64,000 nt of DNA from positions 21,974 through 85,973 of the forward strand of contig JBHLNT010000001.1 of the NCBI GenBank assembly GCA_048941265.1, read 5' to 3'. This DNA comes from Promethearchaeota archaeon (GTDB lineage Archaea; Asgardarchaeota; Lokiarchaeia; Sigyniarchaeales; SOKP01). Both the position numbers and the translations under genes were made by a program. Below, piece by piece: positions 9,323-19,696 of this stretch (position 1 is its first letter; each line of letters starts with the position of its first letter). Below the pieces are notes generated by a model that saw nothing but the letters and a program-made list of their open reading frames with translations, was not told the origin of the DNA and made no database searches.

Positions 9323-10660
9323 ATGATAACTAATCCAAAGCTTTATCCACTTTTCGCTCAGAAGATTAACAATAAGTTAAAATCCCAATTTTTAGAAGTA
9401 TTTGATATTAAAACTGAAAAGGACCAAAAATACAAGACGATCATTTCGTTTCAAAATACAAAACAAAGAGAACTTTTCATTAGCAAGCACAAAAATTTAA
9501 AGATTATTAAAAGCATTGATATTATTCCCTCGATTGCTGTATCATTAAATGAAATTCAAATTCAAGAGATAAAAAGCGATGATTTAGTGATTAAAATTGA
9601 GGAAGACCAAAAACTTTATCTCTCAATGCTAGACGTAATTGAAATTATTGGATTAAGTAGTTATAGGAAAGCAAAAATTCCGTATACAGGAAACAATGTA
9701 GTAATTGGAGTTATTGATGATGGAATAAATCCCGAATTTGATCCACTCGCTAATATAATCATGAATAAATATCAGCAATCCAATGGAGAGGCGAAAATTA
9801 ACAATAAAAATACTAACGATAAAGTTAGCCATGGCACGCTAATGGCTAATTTAATAGGAAATCAATTTTTAGATGATAACGAAATAGTAATTGGAATTGC
9901 TCCAAATGCTAAAATATATGATTTTGATATCTCCAATATAAAAGAAGAATACTATTTTTCAAATATCTTGGAAGTATTTGATTTTATTCTTAAAAATGGC
10001 ATTAAATTAGATATTATTTTAATACCATTAACTACATTAGAATCCTCTGATGGGAATGATATTTTGTCAATAGCATGTAATCTCCTTGTTGATAAGGACT
10101 TTATAATTCTATGTCCCGCTGGAAATTTTGGTCCTGAATCATATACAATTGGAAGTCCTGCAGCTGCTCAAAAAGTTTTAACAATAGGATCACTTACAAA
10201 GGAAATGACAATTGCGTATTATAGTGGAAGAGGTCCAACTTTAGATAATAGACTAAAGCCTAATATATGCTTACCAGGTTCAAAAATAGAAATTCCTATA
10301 TCAAATAAGCGTCGCATTAGATTTTCAGGAACTAGTGTTTCTGCTGCTTTGGCATCAGGTTTAGTTGCTTTACTAAAAGAATATACTCCAAATATATCAT
10401 ATAAAGAATTAATGAATTTATTCCATAATGTTAGCATTGATCTAAATTACGAAAATATCTCTCAAGGATATGGAACTGTAAATATAATGGAAATTTTCAG
10501 AAGATTAGGATATTACCAACAAGCAATAAGGATCATACCTTATAAAGATTTAATTAAAAAGTCTTTAAAAGCATCTATTGAAATTATAACCTTTTTGATA
10601 ATTATATATTTGATAGTTTATTTTTTTAATTTAATTTACTTGATTTATAATATATTTTAG
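9323..10660 (+). CDS. subtilisin-like serine protease (S8) with I9-like propeptide and C-terminal hydrophobic anchor
   Basis: Catalytic triad motifs are VIGVIDDGI (Asp), SHGTLMANLIG (His) and SGTSVSAALASG (Ser), with oxyanion Asn in CPAGNFGP. The last ~30 aa (ITFLIIIYLIVYFFNLIYLIYNIF) are hydrophobic. There is no obvious N-terminal signal peptide. Confidence 0.8.
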   Translation: MITNPKLYPLFAQKINNKLKSQFLEVFDIKTEKDQKYKTIISFQNTKQRELFISKHKNLKIIKSIDIIPSIAVSLNEIQIQEIKSDDLVIKIEEDQKLYLSMLDVIEIIGLSSYRKAKIPYTGNNVVIGVIDDGINPEFDPLANIIMNKYQQSNGEAKINNKNTNDKVSHGTLMANLIGNQFLDDNEIVIGIAPNAKIYDFDISNIKEEYYFSNILEVFDFILKNGIKLDIILIPLTTLESSDGNDILSIACNLLVDKDFIILCPAGNFGPESYTIGSPAAAQKVLTIGSLTKEMTIAYYSGRGPTLDNRLKPNICLPGSKIEIPISNKRRIRFSGTSVSAALASGLVALLKEYTPNISYKELMNLFHNVSIDLNYENISQGYGTVNIMEIFRRLGYYQQAIRIIPYKDLIKKSLKASIEIITFLIIIYLIVYFFNLIYLIYNIF

Positions 10661-10713
10661 AAAGCTTTAGAGAGAGGATATAAATTTTTCCACTATTTCA
10701 CGTAGCAGTTCCG

Positions 10714-11232
10714 TTGCTTTTATTTGAGATTCCTAGATTAAAGAAAAAGTATCGTATAAATAGACTTTCTTTAATTATTGGTTCGATGTTTCCAGACATC
10801 ATTGATAAAACCATTCTTTTTTCAGGTTTAGGAAGTGGTCGCTTTTATTTCCATACATTATTGTTTGCTTTTTTAAGTTTTAGTATTCTTTTCTTAATAA
10901 CTAAAGGGAATAAAGAAGTAGCTTATCCATTTTTAATTGGTATTATAATTCATTTATTATTAGATTTGCCTGGTATTCCAATATTTTATCCATTTATAGA
11001 ATATGAGATTATAATTGTTCACGATCCAATTTCTCATTGGTTTCATACACTTTTAACTAACCCCATTATACAAATTACAGAAATCATTGGCGCAACTTCC
11101 TTGATGTTCATTATTTTGCATAATAAATTATATAAATTTGAAAATTTTATCAATTATTTGAAAACCAGCCCTCGTTTACCGCCTATATTTGCATCTGAAA
11201 CAAAACAAGAAATTCAAATCGTAGAAGATTAA
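10714..11232 (+). CDS. polytopic membrane protein, possibly YdjM/DUF457-like membrane-bound metal-dependent hydrolase
   Basis: Multiple hydrophobic helices and the motif GSMFPDIIDK. The in-frame upstream codons (IFPLFHVAVP, from 10684) contain a His typical of this family's N-terminus but no canonical start, so the start is uncertain (TTG at 10714). Confidence 0.4.
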   Translation: MLLFEIPRLKKKYRINRLSLIIGSMFPDIIDKTILFSGLGSGRFYFHTLLFAFLSFSILFLITKGNKEVAYPFLIGIIIHLLLDLPGIPIFYPFIEYEIIIVHDPISHWFHTLLTNPIIQITEIIGATSLMFIILHNKLYKFENFINYLKTSPRLPPIFASETKQEIQIVED

Positions 11233-11345
11233 ATTATATTAATTTTATGAGATGATAAACCTCAAATAAGGAATTTTTTTATTTTTAAAGATTGCGGAGA
11301 AAATACTAGTTAAATGTATTGAAATAATTTTTATTCTGAAGTATT

Positions 11346-12086
11346 ATGTCAAACCAAACTAAAATTCTTCAAATTATTGTGGATCATAGAGAAGGAAAAT
11401 TAAAAGAGTTGTTAGACAAGAAGAAAGATATAATAAATTATGAATCAAAACAATTAGATATCGCAGATATAATTATATCTAAAGATGTAGCAATAGAAAG
11501 GAAAGAAGGCTTTGATTTCGTGACCTCTATCATGGATAATCGCTTATTTGAACAACTTTTAAGGTTAAAAGAAACCTATCCTTGCCCCATTCTTATCCTA
11601 GAAGGCTTGAACGATGAAGTATTTGAAAATACTGGGATGAGAATCTCTTCCATTTATGGAGCGCTTTCATTTATATCTTATAAATTAGGCATCGCTGTAA
11701 TTCCAACGAGGAATATAGAAGATACTGTTATAGTGATCGAAAGAATTGCTTATCGGGAACAAATAAAAGATGATATGCCTTTATTATCAAGAAAAGCACC
11801 GAAAGAAATGTCTGTTGAGCATAGAAGGACTTTTATCGTGGAAGGTTTTATAGATATTGGCCCTAAAAAAGCTAAAGCACTAATCGAAAAATTTAAAACT
11901 CCATATAGAGTTATAAAAGCTATAAGTAAAACAGAAGTTTTATATACAAGAACAGGAAATCCTAAAGATATAGAAGGTCCTCTTAAAGAAATTCCCGGGA
12001 TTGGATGGAAATTTGTACACAAAAACAAAGAAATCCTATTCGGCAAAATTTCTAAGAATCCTCAGAAAAAACTGGATGAGATATGA
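11346..12086 (+). CDS. xpf: ERCC4-type structure-specific nuclease (short archaeal XPF/Hef-nuclease form) with C-terminal HhH region
   Basis: ERCC4 signature DIADIIISKDVAIERKEGFDFVTSIMDNRLFEQL (GDx..ERKxxxD). The C-terminal IPGIGWK is HhH-like. Length is 246 aa. Confidence 0.75.
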   Translation: MSNQTKILQIIVDHREGKLKELLDKKKDIINYESKQLDIADIIISKDVAIERKEGFDFVTSIMDNRLFEQLLRLKETYPCPILILEGLNDEVFENTGMRISSIYGALSFISYKLGIAVIPTRNIEDTVIVIERIAYREQIKDDMPLLSRKAPKEMSVEHRRTFIVEGFIDIGPKKAKALIEKFKTPYRVIKAISKTEVLYTRTGNPKDIEGPLKEIPGIGWKFVHKNKEILFGKISKNPQKKLDEI

Positions 12087-12298
12087 GATTGTATATGATG
12101 TGTAAAAAAAATTACTTTAAAAATACAATCAAATTTGGTTTAGGCCAGTTTTAATTTGTGTAGTAATTTCTAAGGAATACAATGATGAAAAATTAGGAAT
12201 ATTTTAATTGTTTAAATCCTCGTGTATATGAATAAAAATTTCTCTTCTTATATATTTCGGAAAATGGGTTTTACCTATACCTTTTTTAAAAGTTGTCT

Positions 12299-12739
12299 TT
12301 AGTTTATTGTACGTCGAGATAATTTATTAGCTTTTTTTTTATACAAGTAAGTAAAATAATAATTTGAGCCAAAATAGAAGCCTGCCCAAGAAGGCATAAA
12401 GATTAGTGTAATCAGTAGATCCATCCATACTATAACAATTATAACACCTAAAAATACAAATATTGGAATTGATACATAAAATGCTATTTTATTCATCAAT
12501 AACGTACGCTCATAATAAGAAATGAGATTTCTTTGCTGCTTTGGACTAAGAACTGAAAAATGAGTGGGACATAATTTGTAATTCGCACATTTAAGACAAT
12601 AAAGCTCATTACATACCACACAAGTTGTGTAATTTAGAATCTTTCTGCCTTTATATCCATATTCTTTTGTTAAATATCTTCCACATACCGGACATTTTCC
12701 AATTATTACATCATTATATTCGTTTTCAGATATTACCAT
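12299..12739 (-). CDS. hypothetical zinc-ribbon membrane protein
   Basis: CPVCGR...CVVCNELYCLKCANYKLCPTH Cys clusters are followed by two hydrophobic helices. Confidence 0.5.
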   Translation of the reverse strand: MVISENEYNDVIIGKCPVCGRYLTKEYGYKGRKILNYTTCVVCNELYCLKCANYKLCPTHFSVLSPKQQRNLISYYERTLLMNKIAFYVSIPIFVFLGVIIVIVWMDLLITLIFMPSWAGFYFGSNYYFTYLYKKKANKLSRRTIN

Positions 12740-12966
12740 ATTATTTTCGTAAATATATTTCTGAAATTAAAAAGATATAGTATTCTAAAATATATAAATA
12801 CTAGAAGTTCAGTAAAATTAGTCTATTTTGCTCATTACCTCTTATTAACCAATATGAGAAGTGAGGTTGTTCAAAAAAAAAGGAGGAAATCTTATTTAGA
12901 CAGATCAAGTGATTTTTTCAGTAAAAAATTGATGAAATTTGAATATTTAAAAAAGGAAAAAAAATT

Positions 12967-14229
12967 TTAGAGGATATTTCTATATCTTCTTAATAAATTT
13001 TGGATAATAAATAGTTGAATGTTGCGGGCTCCTCCGATAACTTCTTCTATTTTACTCGTGTCCATATACTCATCTATAGGAGTATTGTCAGTTACACTTA
13101 TTCCTCCCATTTGTTGTTGCACTTCATAACAAATCTCGTGAGTAAGTTTAGATACAGAATACTTTCCCTGTGAAGATACGCCTGCTACCCATTTTTCTGC
13201 AACCTTACTAGGTTTTTCTGCAAATAAAATTTTTTCATCATATATAGTGGCAGCTTGAAGGGCTAATGATGTAGCAGCCGTAGTCTTTGATAATAGATCA
13301 GCTAATCCAAAGCCAACACCCTCGAACTTTATCACTTCTTGCCCAAATTGTTTACGTAAATTCGTATAAATTATACCGTAAATAAGCCCTCCCCAACAGA
13401 TCCCAATTCCACTCCCCATGATACCAAGGCGTTCGGGGACTAATCCTTCGAATAATCTAATATAACCGTCTCCATCATCCGCTAAAATATATTCTTTAGG
13501 GACTTTCACATTGTTCATAATGGTATGCGCAATATGAACTCGAGGTACTGATGAAATGTTTAGTCTTCTCGTTTCAAATCCAAATTCCCGCTTTATCATA
13601 GACTGTACCATTGTTTGTCTTGGATGTTCTTTATCATATACTCCGTAGCAGCAAATATAATCTGCTTTAGGTCCATTGGTAGTATAGACTTTTTCTCCAT
13701 TATATATAACACCATCATCAACTTTTTTACATGTCATAGTCATATTTACTGCATCAGAACCCCGTTTTGGTTCAGTAATACCAATGCATCCAATTTTTTG
13801 GCCAGACATCAATTCATCTTGAACTTTCGATATGGCATCATTTTGACCCCCGTGGTGGAAATAATGAAATGTAGGATTACCACATAAAATTCCACTAGCT
13901 AAACGAGCGAGTTCAAGTTGGGGATCTAAGAGGGATAAATGTGTTGCCATTAGTATCTCCTTCTTCATACCATAAGGGGTGAAATCTTTCCATTTATTAA
14001 TTCTTTGCATATATCCACTTTTCCCTAATTCAGGAAAGAGTACGTAAACATCTTGAGATTTGTCTATTTTTGATTCTAACTCTAAGCAAAATGTTTGGAG
14101 TTCTTGACAAAATTCGATTTCTTCTTGGTTCAACATAGCAAATACATTATCATTAAAAATTTTGAAGACATTCTCTAAATTCATTTTTTCGAGAATGCTA
14201 TCATTTATTATCTTCTCTTGAAACTTCAT
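12967..14229 (-). CDS. acyl-CoA dehydrogenase family protein
   Basis: GCIGITEPKRGSDAVNM (ACAD middle-domain signature), an overall length of ~420 aa, and the C-terminal helical region GGARNIQ. Confidence 0.8.
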   Translation of the reverse strand: MKFQEKIINDSILEKMNLENVFKIFNDNVFAMLNQEEIEFCQELQTFCLELESKIDKSQDVYVLFPELGKSGYMQRINKWKDFTPYGMKKEILMATHLSLLDPQLELARLASGILCGNPTFHYFHHGGQNDAISKVQDELMSGQKIGCIGITEPKRGSDAVNMTMTCKKVDDGVIYNGEKVYTTNGPKADYICCYGVYDKEHPRQTMVQSMIKREFGFETRRLNISSVPRVHIAHTIMNNVKVPKEYILADDGDGYIRLFEGLVPERLGIMGSGIGICWGGLIYGIIYTNLRKQFGQEVIKFEGVGFGLADLLSKTTAATSLALQAATIYDEKILFAEKPSKVAEKWVAGVSSQGKYSVSKLTHEICYEVQQQMGGISVTDNTPIDEYMDTSKIEEVIGGARNIQLFIIQNLLRRYRNIL

Positions 14230-14406
14230 ATTTTCTCAATAAGGAGTTAATTTATGATTTTTATAATAATTTAATAAGTATTTACTTACAATTAAAATTT
14301 AATTTTAGATTCCCAATATGAAATTATTAAATAATGATAAAATTATTATAATTTTAATTTAATTATTAAAATAAGAAAGAATGAATTAACTCGAAGTTAG
14401 ATAAAG

Positions 14407-16155
14407 ATGGCAATCCTCCTTATTATGCTGATTATTCTTGCATCCATTATAATTCTCATTCTTTTACTAGTGTTTCGTTATCGTAGTTTTTTCGGCAAGA
14501 TAAAAGTAATAAAAAGAAAAAAAGAAAAAGAAAAGTCATTAGACGTGGCATTAGAAAAATATGTAAGAGAAGAAAGTAAAGAGCCCATGAAACAAAAATT
14601 AGAAAAAATAACTGAAATGATTGCTCAAACTGAAGCATATATCGAGGATACAGTAAAGAAAAAGGTCAGGGTTGCTAAAAGTCAACTCAAAGTTAAAGAA
14701 AGTGAAGAAGCATTAATTAGTAAAGCTAAGATGGAATATAATACTTTTATTTCAGACTTTAAATCAGCAATGCCTAAAACAGAGAAAGAACGAGTTCAGG
14801 ATATGAAAGAGCTTAAAAGTGCGATATTAATGCTCGAAACTTTTGATGAAGAATCTTATGAGGCAAAACCTAAGGAATATGATGCGGGATTAGGTATGTT
14901 TTATGATAAGATGTCGCGCCGGTTCCTTTCTATCATAAATGAAAATAATCTGAACAAATATGATTTTATACCTATCCACGAGATAAAATATTATGCTTTT
15001 TCAAATATCAAGAATATAAAAAACGATGACATTTTACCTATTTTAAACGTAATGAAAGATACAGAACTTTTGCGTAATTTAATCGAAATAAATCCTACGT
15101 TTCAAATCATTGTATTTAATAATGGGGAGAAATTAGATTTAACTTTCCCTGAAAAAGTTCTTTTAACATTTGCTTATGAAGAAGATATACTTACTAATCA
15201 AAAATTAATAGAGTTAACTGATTGGAAAGAGGATTATGCCAATAAAATTATTGAAGGTTTAAAGGATAAAGGTCTCATTAAGTTTGAAAATGAAAAAATT
15301 ACAGTTGAGAATTTTGGAAGTGTGGAGGAACGGAGAAATTGGAACAAAATAATTCAAAATAAAATAGAAGAAGAGAAGAAAAAAGAAGAGGAAAAACGTA
15401 AACAACAGTTAGAAAGAGCCGCAAAGCTGAAAGAACGCTTAGGAGAGGTTGAAGAAGCAGTTATCTCAAAAGAGTCTGACTCTGAAAAAGTATTAAAACA
15501 AGAGCCAAGTAAAATTAAATTCAAGCAAAAACCTGCAATAAAAAAATTACCAAAACTTGAAGGAGAAATTAAACCAGAAGAGGTCACTAGTAAAGATAAA
15601 CTTAAGGAAGAACAAGATATTAAGGACAAGGATGATTTAATCGGAGCCATGGAGGCCCTTGACATAATAGCGCCCGCGAAATCGGTAGAAAAATTAGAAT
15701 TAAAAGGAGATCTACTAGAAGAAGAAATTTCCAATCTTGAAGAATTAATCCCTGAAAAAATATTAAGTTATCATGAAAAATTCACGTTGATTAATGGAGG
15801 TTTGTCTCAATATGAAAAAATAAAGCGATTTATTGAGCGGGAGTTAGGAAAAATATCCGATGATTTGATAAAATCTGTACTTGAACAGCTAATAGAATTG
15901 CAGATGATACATGGCATATATAAAATTGGAGATTATGATTTTTACCTTTTTAATGAATTGTCACTAACAGAGGATGAAAAAACATTCATTCAATTTGCTA
16001 TTAACAAGAAACCTATGTTTAAGGAAGATTTTATACAAGGATTAAATTGGGATGAGGAAAAAATTTTAAAAACTATGAAAACTCTTCAAGAAAAAAGTAT
16101 TTTAAGAATTGAAAACAACGAAATTATTATCCCTGGGATAATTCAAAATAGATAA
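14407..16155 (+). CDS. hypothetical membrane-anchored protein with two tandem winged-helix-like modules separated by a K/E-rich linker (paralog A)
   Basis: N-terminal TM (AILLIMLIILASIIILILLLVF) and coiled-coil. WH-like segments include LIELTDWKEDYANKIIEGLKDKGLIKFENEKITVENFG and FIQGLNWDEEKILKTMKTLQEKSILRIENNEIIIPG. Colinear with the next gene. Confidence 0.6.
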   Translation: MAILLIMLIILASIIILILLLVFRYRSFFGKIKVIKRKKEKEKSLDVALEKYVREESKEPMKQKLEKITEMIAQTEAYIEDTVKKKVRVAKSQLKVKESEEALISKAKMEYNTFISDFKSAMPKTEKERVQDMKELKSAILMLETFDEESYEAKPKEYDAGLGMFYDKMSRRFLSIINENNLNKYDFIPIHEIKYYAFSNIKNIKNDDILPILNVMKDTELLRNLIEINPTFQIIVFNNGEKLDLTFPEKVLLTFAYEEDILTNQKLIELTDWKEDYANKIIEGLKDKGLIKFENEKITVENFGSVEERRNWNKIIQNKIEEEKKKEEEKRKQQLERAAKLKERLGEVEEAVISKESDSEKVLKQEPSKIKFKQKPAIKKLPKLEGEIKPEEVTSKDKLKEEQDIKDKDDLIGAMEALDIIAPAKSVEKLELKGDLLEEEISNLEELIPEKILSYHEKFTLINGGLSQYEKIKRFIERELGKISDDLIKSVLEQLIELQMIHGIYKIGDYDFYLFNELSLTEDEKTFIQFAINKKPMFKEDFIQGLNWDEEKILKTMKTLQEKSILRIENNEIIIPGIIQNR

Positions 16156-16209
16156 TTAAATTTTAAATAAATATTAAAAGCAAACAAATAAATAATTGAG
16201 CAGAAAATT

Positions 16210-17883
16210 ATGGTTATGATAATTATTATTCAAATTTGTTTTATTGGATTAATAGGTATTTTTTCTCTAAGAGAAAAATTGAGAAAAAGAAGAATAAAAA
16301 AAAAGGAAGAAATTGAAGAATTAATTGATAAATATGTAGTCGAAGAGAAAAAAAGCATATTAAGACAGAAGTTAACAAAGGTTTTTGAATTAATCACTAA
16401 AACTGAAGATTATCTCGAAAGAATTGTTAAAAGAAAAGTAAAATTCTATGAAGATGATTATACATTTTCTGAAGCTGAGAAGGATCTAATTAAAAAAGCT
16501 AAATCTGAATACGATTCATTTTTCTCAGAATTTAAATCGGCATTACCCAAAACTGAAAAACAACGAATATTAGATATAAAAGAGCTTAAGAATGCAATTT
16601 CAATACTGGAATCATTTGATGCAGAAACTTATGAAGATAAGGAAAAAGTCTATGATGCGGGAACAGGTATGTTCTATGATAAAATGTCTCGTAAATTTAT
16701 GTATCTCATGGATGAACACAACTTGAGTGAATTTACTTTTGTACCTATCCAAAGAATAAAATATTATGCATTTTCAACTATAAAAAATATAAAAGATGAG
16801 GATTTCATCCCCGTCTTAAGTGTAATGAAAGAAACTAATCTTATAAGTGATATTATAGAAATAAACCCTCAGTTTCAAATTATAGTGTTTGATGAGGAAA
16901 AAAAAATAGTGTTATCCACCCCCGAAAAAGTAGTATTAAGTTTTGCCTATGATGAAGATCCCTTGACTCTTCATAAACTAATGGAATTAACCCAATGGAA
17001 ACAAGATTATGCTAAAAAAATACTAACTGAATTAATTAACAGAGAAATTATCTCTATGGAAGATGAGGTTATAAAAGTTAAGAATTTTGGTGAGAGTAAT
17101 GAAAGGATCAAATGGAATACTTTAATTGAAAATAAAATTCAGCAAGAGAGAATAAAAGAAGAGAGAAAATACGAAAAAAAGAAAGAAAGAGAGCTTCAAT
17201 TTAAAACAAAAATAGTAAAAGAGAAACAAATTTTTGATGAGAAAATCTCTGAGCCAGATAAGGAGGAAGTCCTTGAAGAAATCAAGTTTAAAGAAATACC
17301 ATCCGTAAAAGTGCTTCCTTCCCCACAGAAAGCATTAGAAATAGAAAAAAAGAAGGGAACTGAAGAAATGACCGATGTTATAGACGCTTTAGATAATATT
17401 ATGCCAACAGAATCAACAATTAATAAAGAAGTTGAAGAATTGCTAGAAACTGAAAGTCCGGATTTGCAAGATTTAGTTTCTCAAGAAATATTAAACTATC
17501 ATGAAAATTTTTCTTTAATTAATGGAGGAATTTCTCAATATGAAAAAATTAAAAAATATATTGAGCAAGAATTAGAAAATGTACCAGAAGAAATGTTAAA
17601 AAAGACGTTGGAACAATTATGGGAATTACGACTTATTTATGAAATAATTAAAATAGGGGATTATGATTTTTTCTTGTTTAACGATGTTTCTCTTAAAGAT
17701 GACGATAAGGAATTTTTAAAATTTGCTATTAACAAAAAACCTATGAAAAACGAAGATTTTATTCAAGGTCTTAATTGGGAAGAGTATAAAATAACATGGA
17801 CTATAGAGAGACTACAAGAAAAAGGGTTGTTAAGAAAAGAAAATGATTATATTATTATTCCAGGGATCGTTCAATTAGAATAA
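16210..17883 (+). CDS. hypothetical membrane-anchored double tandem-winged-helix protein (paralog B)
   Basis: Aligns along its whole length with 14407-16155. Shared blocks are SALPKTEK, YDAG.GMFYDKMSR.F, IKYYAFS.IKNIK, INP.FQIIVF, INGG.SQYEKIK, KIGDYDF.LFN, FAINKKPM and EDFIQGLNW. Confidence 0.6.
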   Translation: MVMIIIIQICFIGLIGIFSLREKLRKRRIKKKEEIEELIDKYVVEEKKSILRQKLTKVFELITKTEDYLERIVKRKVKFYEDDYTFSEAEKDLIKKAKSEYDSFFSEFKSALPKTEKQRILDIKELKNAISILESFDAETYEDKEKVYDAGTGMFYDKMSRKFMYLMDEHNLSEFTFVPIQRIKYYAFSTIKNIKDEDFIPVLSVMKETNLISDIIEINPQFQIIVFDEEKKIVLSTPEKVVLSFAYDEDPLTLHKLMELTQWKQDYAKKILTELINREIISMEDEVIKVKNFGESNERIKWNTLIENKIQQERIKEERKYEKKKERELQFKTKIVKEKQIFDEKISEPDKEEVLEEIKFKEIPSVKVLPSPQKALEIEKKKGTEEMTDVIDALDNIMPTESTINKEVEELLETESPDLQDLVSQEILNYHENFSLINGGISQYEKIKKYIEQELENVPEEMLKKTLEQLWELRLIYEIIKIGDYDFFLFNDVSLKDDDKEFLKFAINKKPMKNEDFIQGLNWEEYKITWTIERLQEKGLLRKENDYIIIPGIVQLE

Positions 17884-17944
17884 TTTAACCAAACATTGAT
17901 CTGTATATAAGTTTAAAGAAAATCTTTAAAAATTGAAACTATGA

Positions 17945-19696
17945 TTAATAATTATTTTTTACATTATCCATAACAGTTTCAATTTCATTTAAATAGGTAT
18001 CTCGTTTTCCAAAAATATAAAATCTAACTTCAGGTCCTGTACCCGAGGGGCGAAAGTATAGCGTGGAATCTTTACTTTTTAATTGGTAGATATCTATCAT
18101 ATTATTATTATCAGATAAAGCTTGTACACTATAGTGTTTATCTTTTATTTCTATAGTTTTATTATGATTTCTTTCAAAATTTTTCATAATCTTTACTTTC
18201 TCCTCATCAGTTGCCGGTATTGTTTGATTTATTCCCATTATTGACCAATCGATTGATTGAGATATAATATATCCTCTGCAAATAAGTTCAGTAATTAGTA
18301 CTAAAGCAGGAACCGGATATTTATCAGCTATTAAAGGTAAAGGGGAAGAAAAAGAAAATTCTCTTGTATCTGAATTTCTTGATACATTTAAAATGTTAAT
18401 CGTATGCCCTCCCGATTCTTCCCACATCACTGTGACAAATTGACTTTCCTCTAAATGTTGTTTTTCCATTAAATCAATAATCTTTTGGTTCAATGGGATA
18501 GGATTGTCTATTTTTATCAATTCTTTATTATCTCCTTGCATATAAAGGATGGCAGTATCAATCTTAGACTTTTCAACTTCTATTCCCATTAGAAAATATA
18601 ATATCACTCCTAAATGTTTATAGCCCACGCCAGTCAAAATATTCATAAAGCTAGTATCATCACTTCTTAAGTCAGTTGGAATCGTCCGGATATTGATAAT
18701 TTTTTTATTGAAATCTTTAGCTAAAATGTTATGCATGGCAGAATAAATTTCATTTGGGATATATATGAAATACTGATCATCTCGCTTCACATAAAGAGCA
18801 ATTCTGTCGCGATCAGCATCAAGCAATAGCGCTAAATTTGAGTTGGATTCAGTCATTACTTTCTGCAACTTTTCCTCCTTAATCACTTTGATGGGATTAG
18901 GGGGATTTATTTCTTCATTTATTAAAATTACATTTGCTCCATAATCTTTAAATAAATTTACGATGCCACGTGCTTCACCTAAATATGGCCAGATTATTAT
19001 ATTTCTATTCTTCAAACTTTTTATTTCCAATACATCAGCCAAAATCCCTTTCACATATTCATTATTTCTTTGAATGGCATCCGTGAGTATTGGCTTAAAA
19101 TCAGTTTTAAAATAAATTTCTTTATAGTTTTTTGCTAGTTCAGAAATTTGCTTAAATAAATCCCCTGACATCGGAATAGGGTACTCAATATAAAATTTTA
19201 TACCATTCCAAGATAAATCATTATGACTTGCCGTAAGTACAATCACAAGATCAATGTCATCATATAATGCTACTGATGCTGCACCATAAGGGGATGAAAC
19301 TTTAGACTCCCCTGGAAAATCGTCTTGGTAATAAATTTCATATCCATCATATGCAAAAATTTGTGAAATATAATTTAGGAGGATATCTTTGCTTGGTCTA
19401 TCATCAGTAACAATTAGAACCTTTAAATTCTGGCCATTTTTAATCTCTTTGAATTTGTCACTAATTGCTTTTGCAACTCGTAGGAATAAGAAGAGCTTTC
19501 GATTAGTTAAGAAGTATTGATCGTCGGCAAGGATATCATATATTTGAATTCTCAAACCAGATGTAGGTGCGACTATTGGATCAATTATGTTTATTTCTTC
19601 TTCAATTAACTCTGGTAATATCAATTTTTTAATTCCATTTTTACCATCAGTCATTTGGAGATCTTCAATTTTATATTTGAACAATTTATCCACCAT
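17945..19696 (-). CDS. phosphoglucomutase/phosphomannomutase family (alpha-D-phosphohexomutase)
   Basis: Active-site Ser loop LTASHNDLSWNGIKF, Mg loop LDADRDRIAL, sugar loop WEESGGH and phosphate loop RPSGTGPEVRFY. Confidence 0.85.
   Translation of the reverse strand: MVDKLFKYKIEDLQMTDGKNGIKKLILPELIEEEINIIDPIVAPTSGLRIQIYDILADDQYFLTNRKLFLFLRVAKAISDKFKEIKNGQNLKVLIVTDDRPSKDILLNYISQIFAYDGYEIYYQDDFPGESKVSSPYGAASVALYDDIDLVIVLTASHNDLSWNGIKFYIEYPIPMSGDLFKQISELAKNYKEIYFKTDFKPILTDAIQRNNEYVKGILADVLEIKSLKNRNIIIWPYLGEARGIVNLFKDYGANVILINEEINPPNPIKVIKEEKLQKVMTESNSNLALLLDADRDRIALYVKRDDQYFIYIPNEIYSAMHNILAKDFNKKIINIRTIPTDLRSDDTSFMNILTGVGYKHLGVILYFLMGIEVEKSKIDTAILYMQGDNKELIKIDNPIPLNQKIIDLMEKQHLEESQFVTVMWEESGGHTINILNVSRNSDTREFSFSSPLPLIADKYPVPALVLITELICRGYIISQSIDWSIMGINQTIPATDEEKVKIMKNFERNHNKTIEIKDKHYSVQALSDNNNMIDIYQLKSKDSTLYFRPSGTGPEVRFYIFGKRDTYLNEIETVMDNVKNNY

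Noticed and set aside
15354-15734. 126-aa Ser-rich antisense ORF
   Set aside because: It lies opposite the E/K-rich (GAA/AAG-rich) linker of 14407-16155, and the complement of such sequence automatically gives S/F/L-rich open frames.
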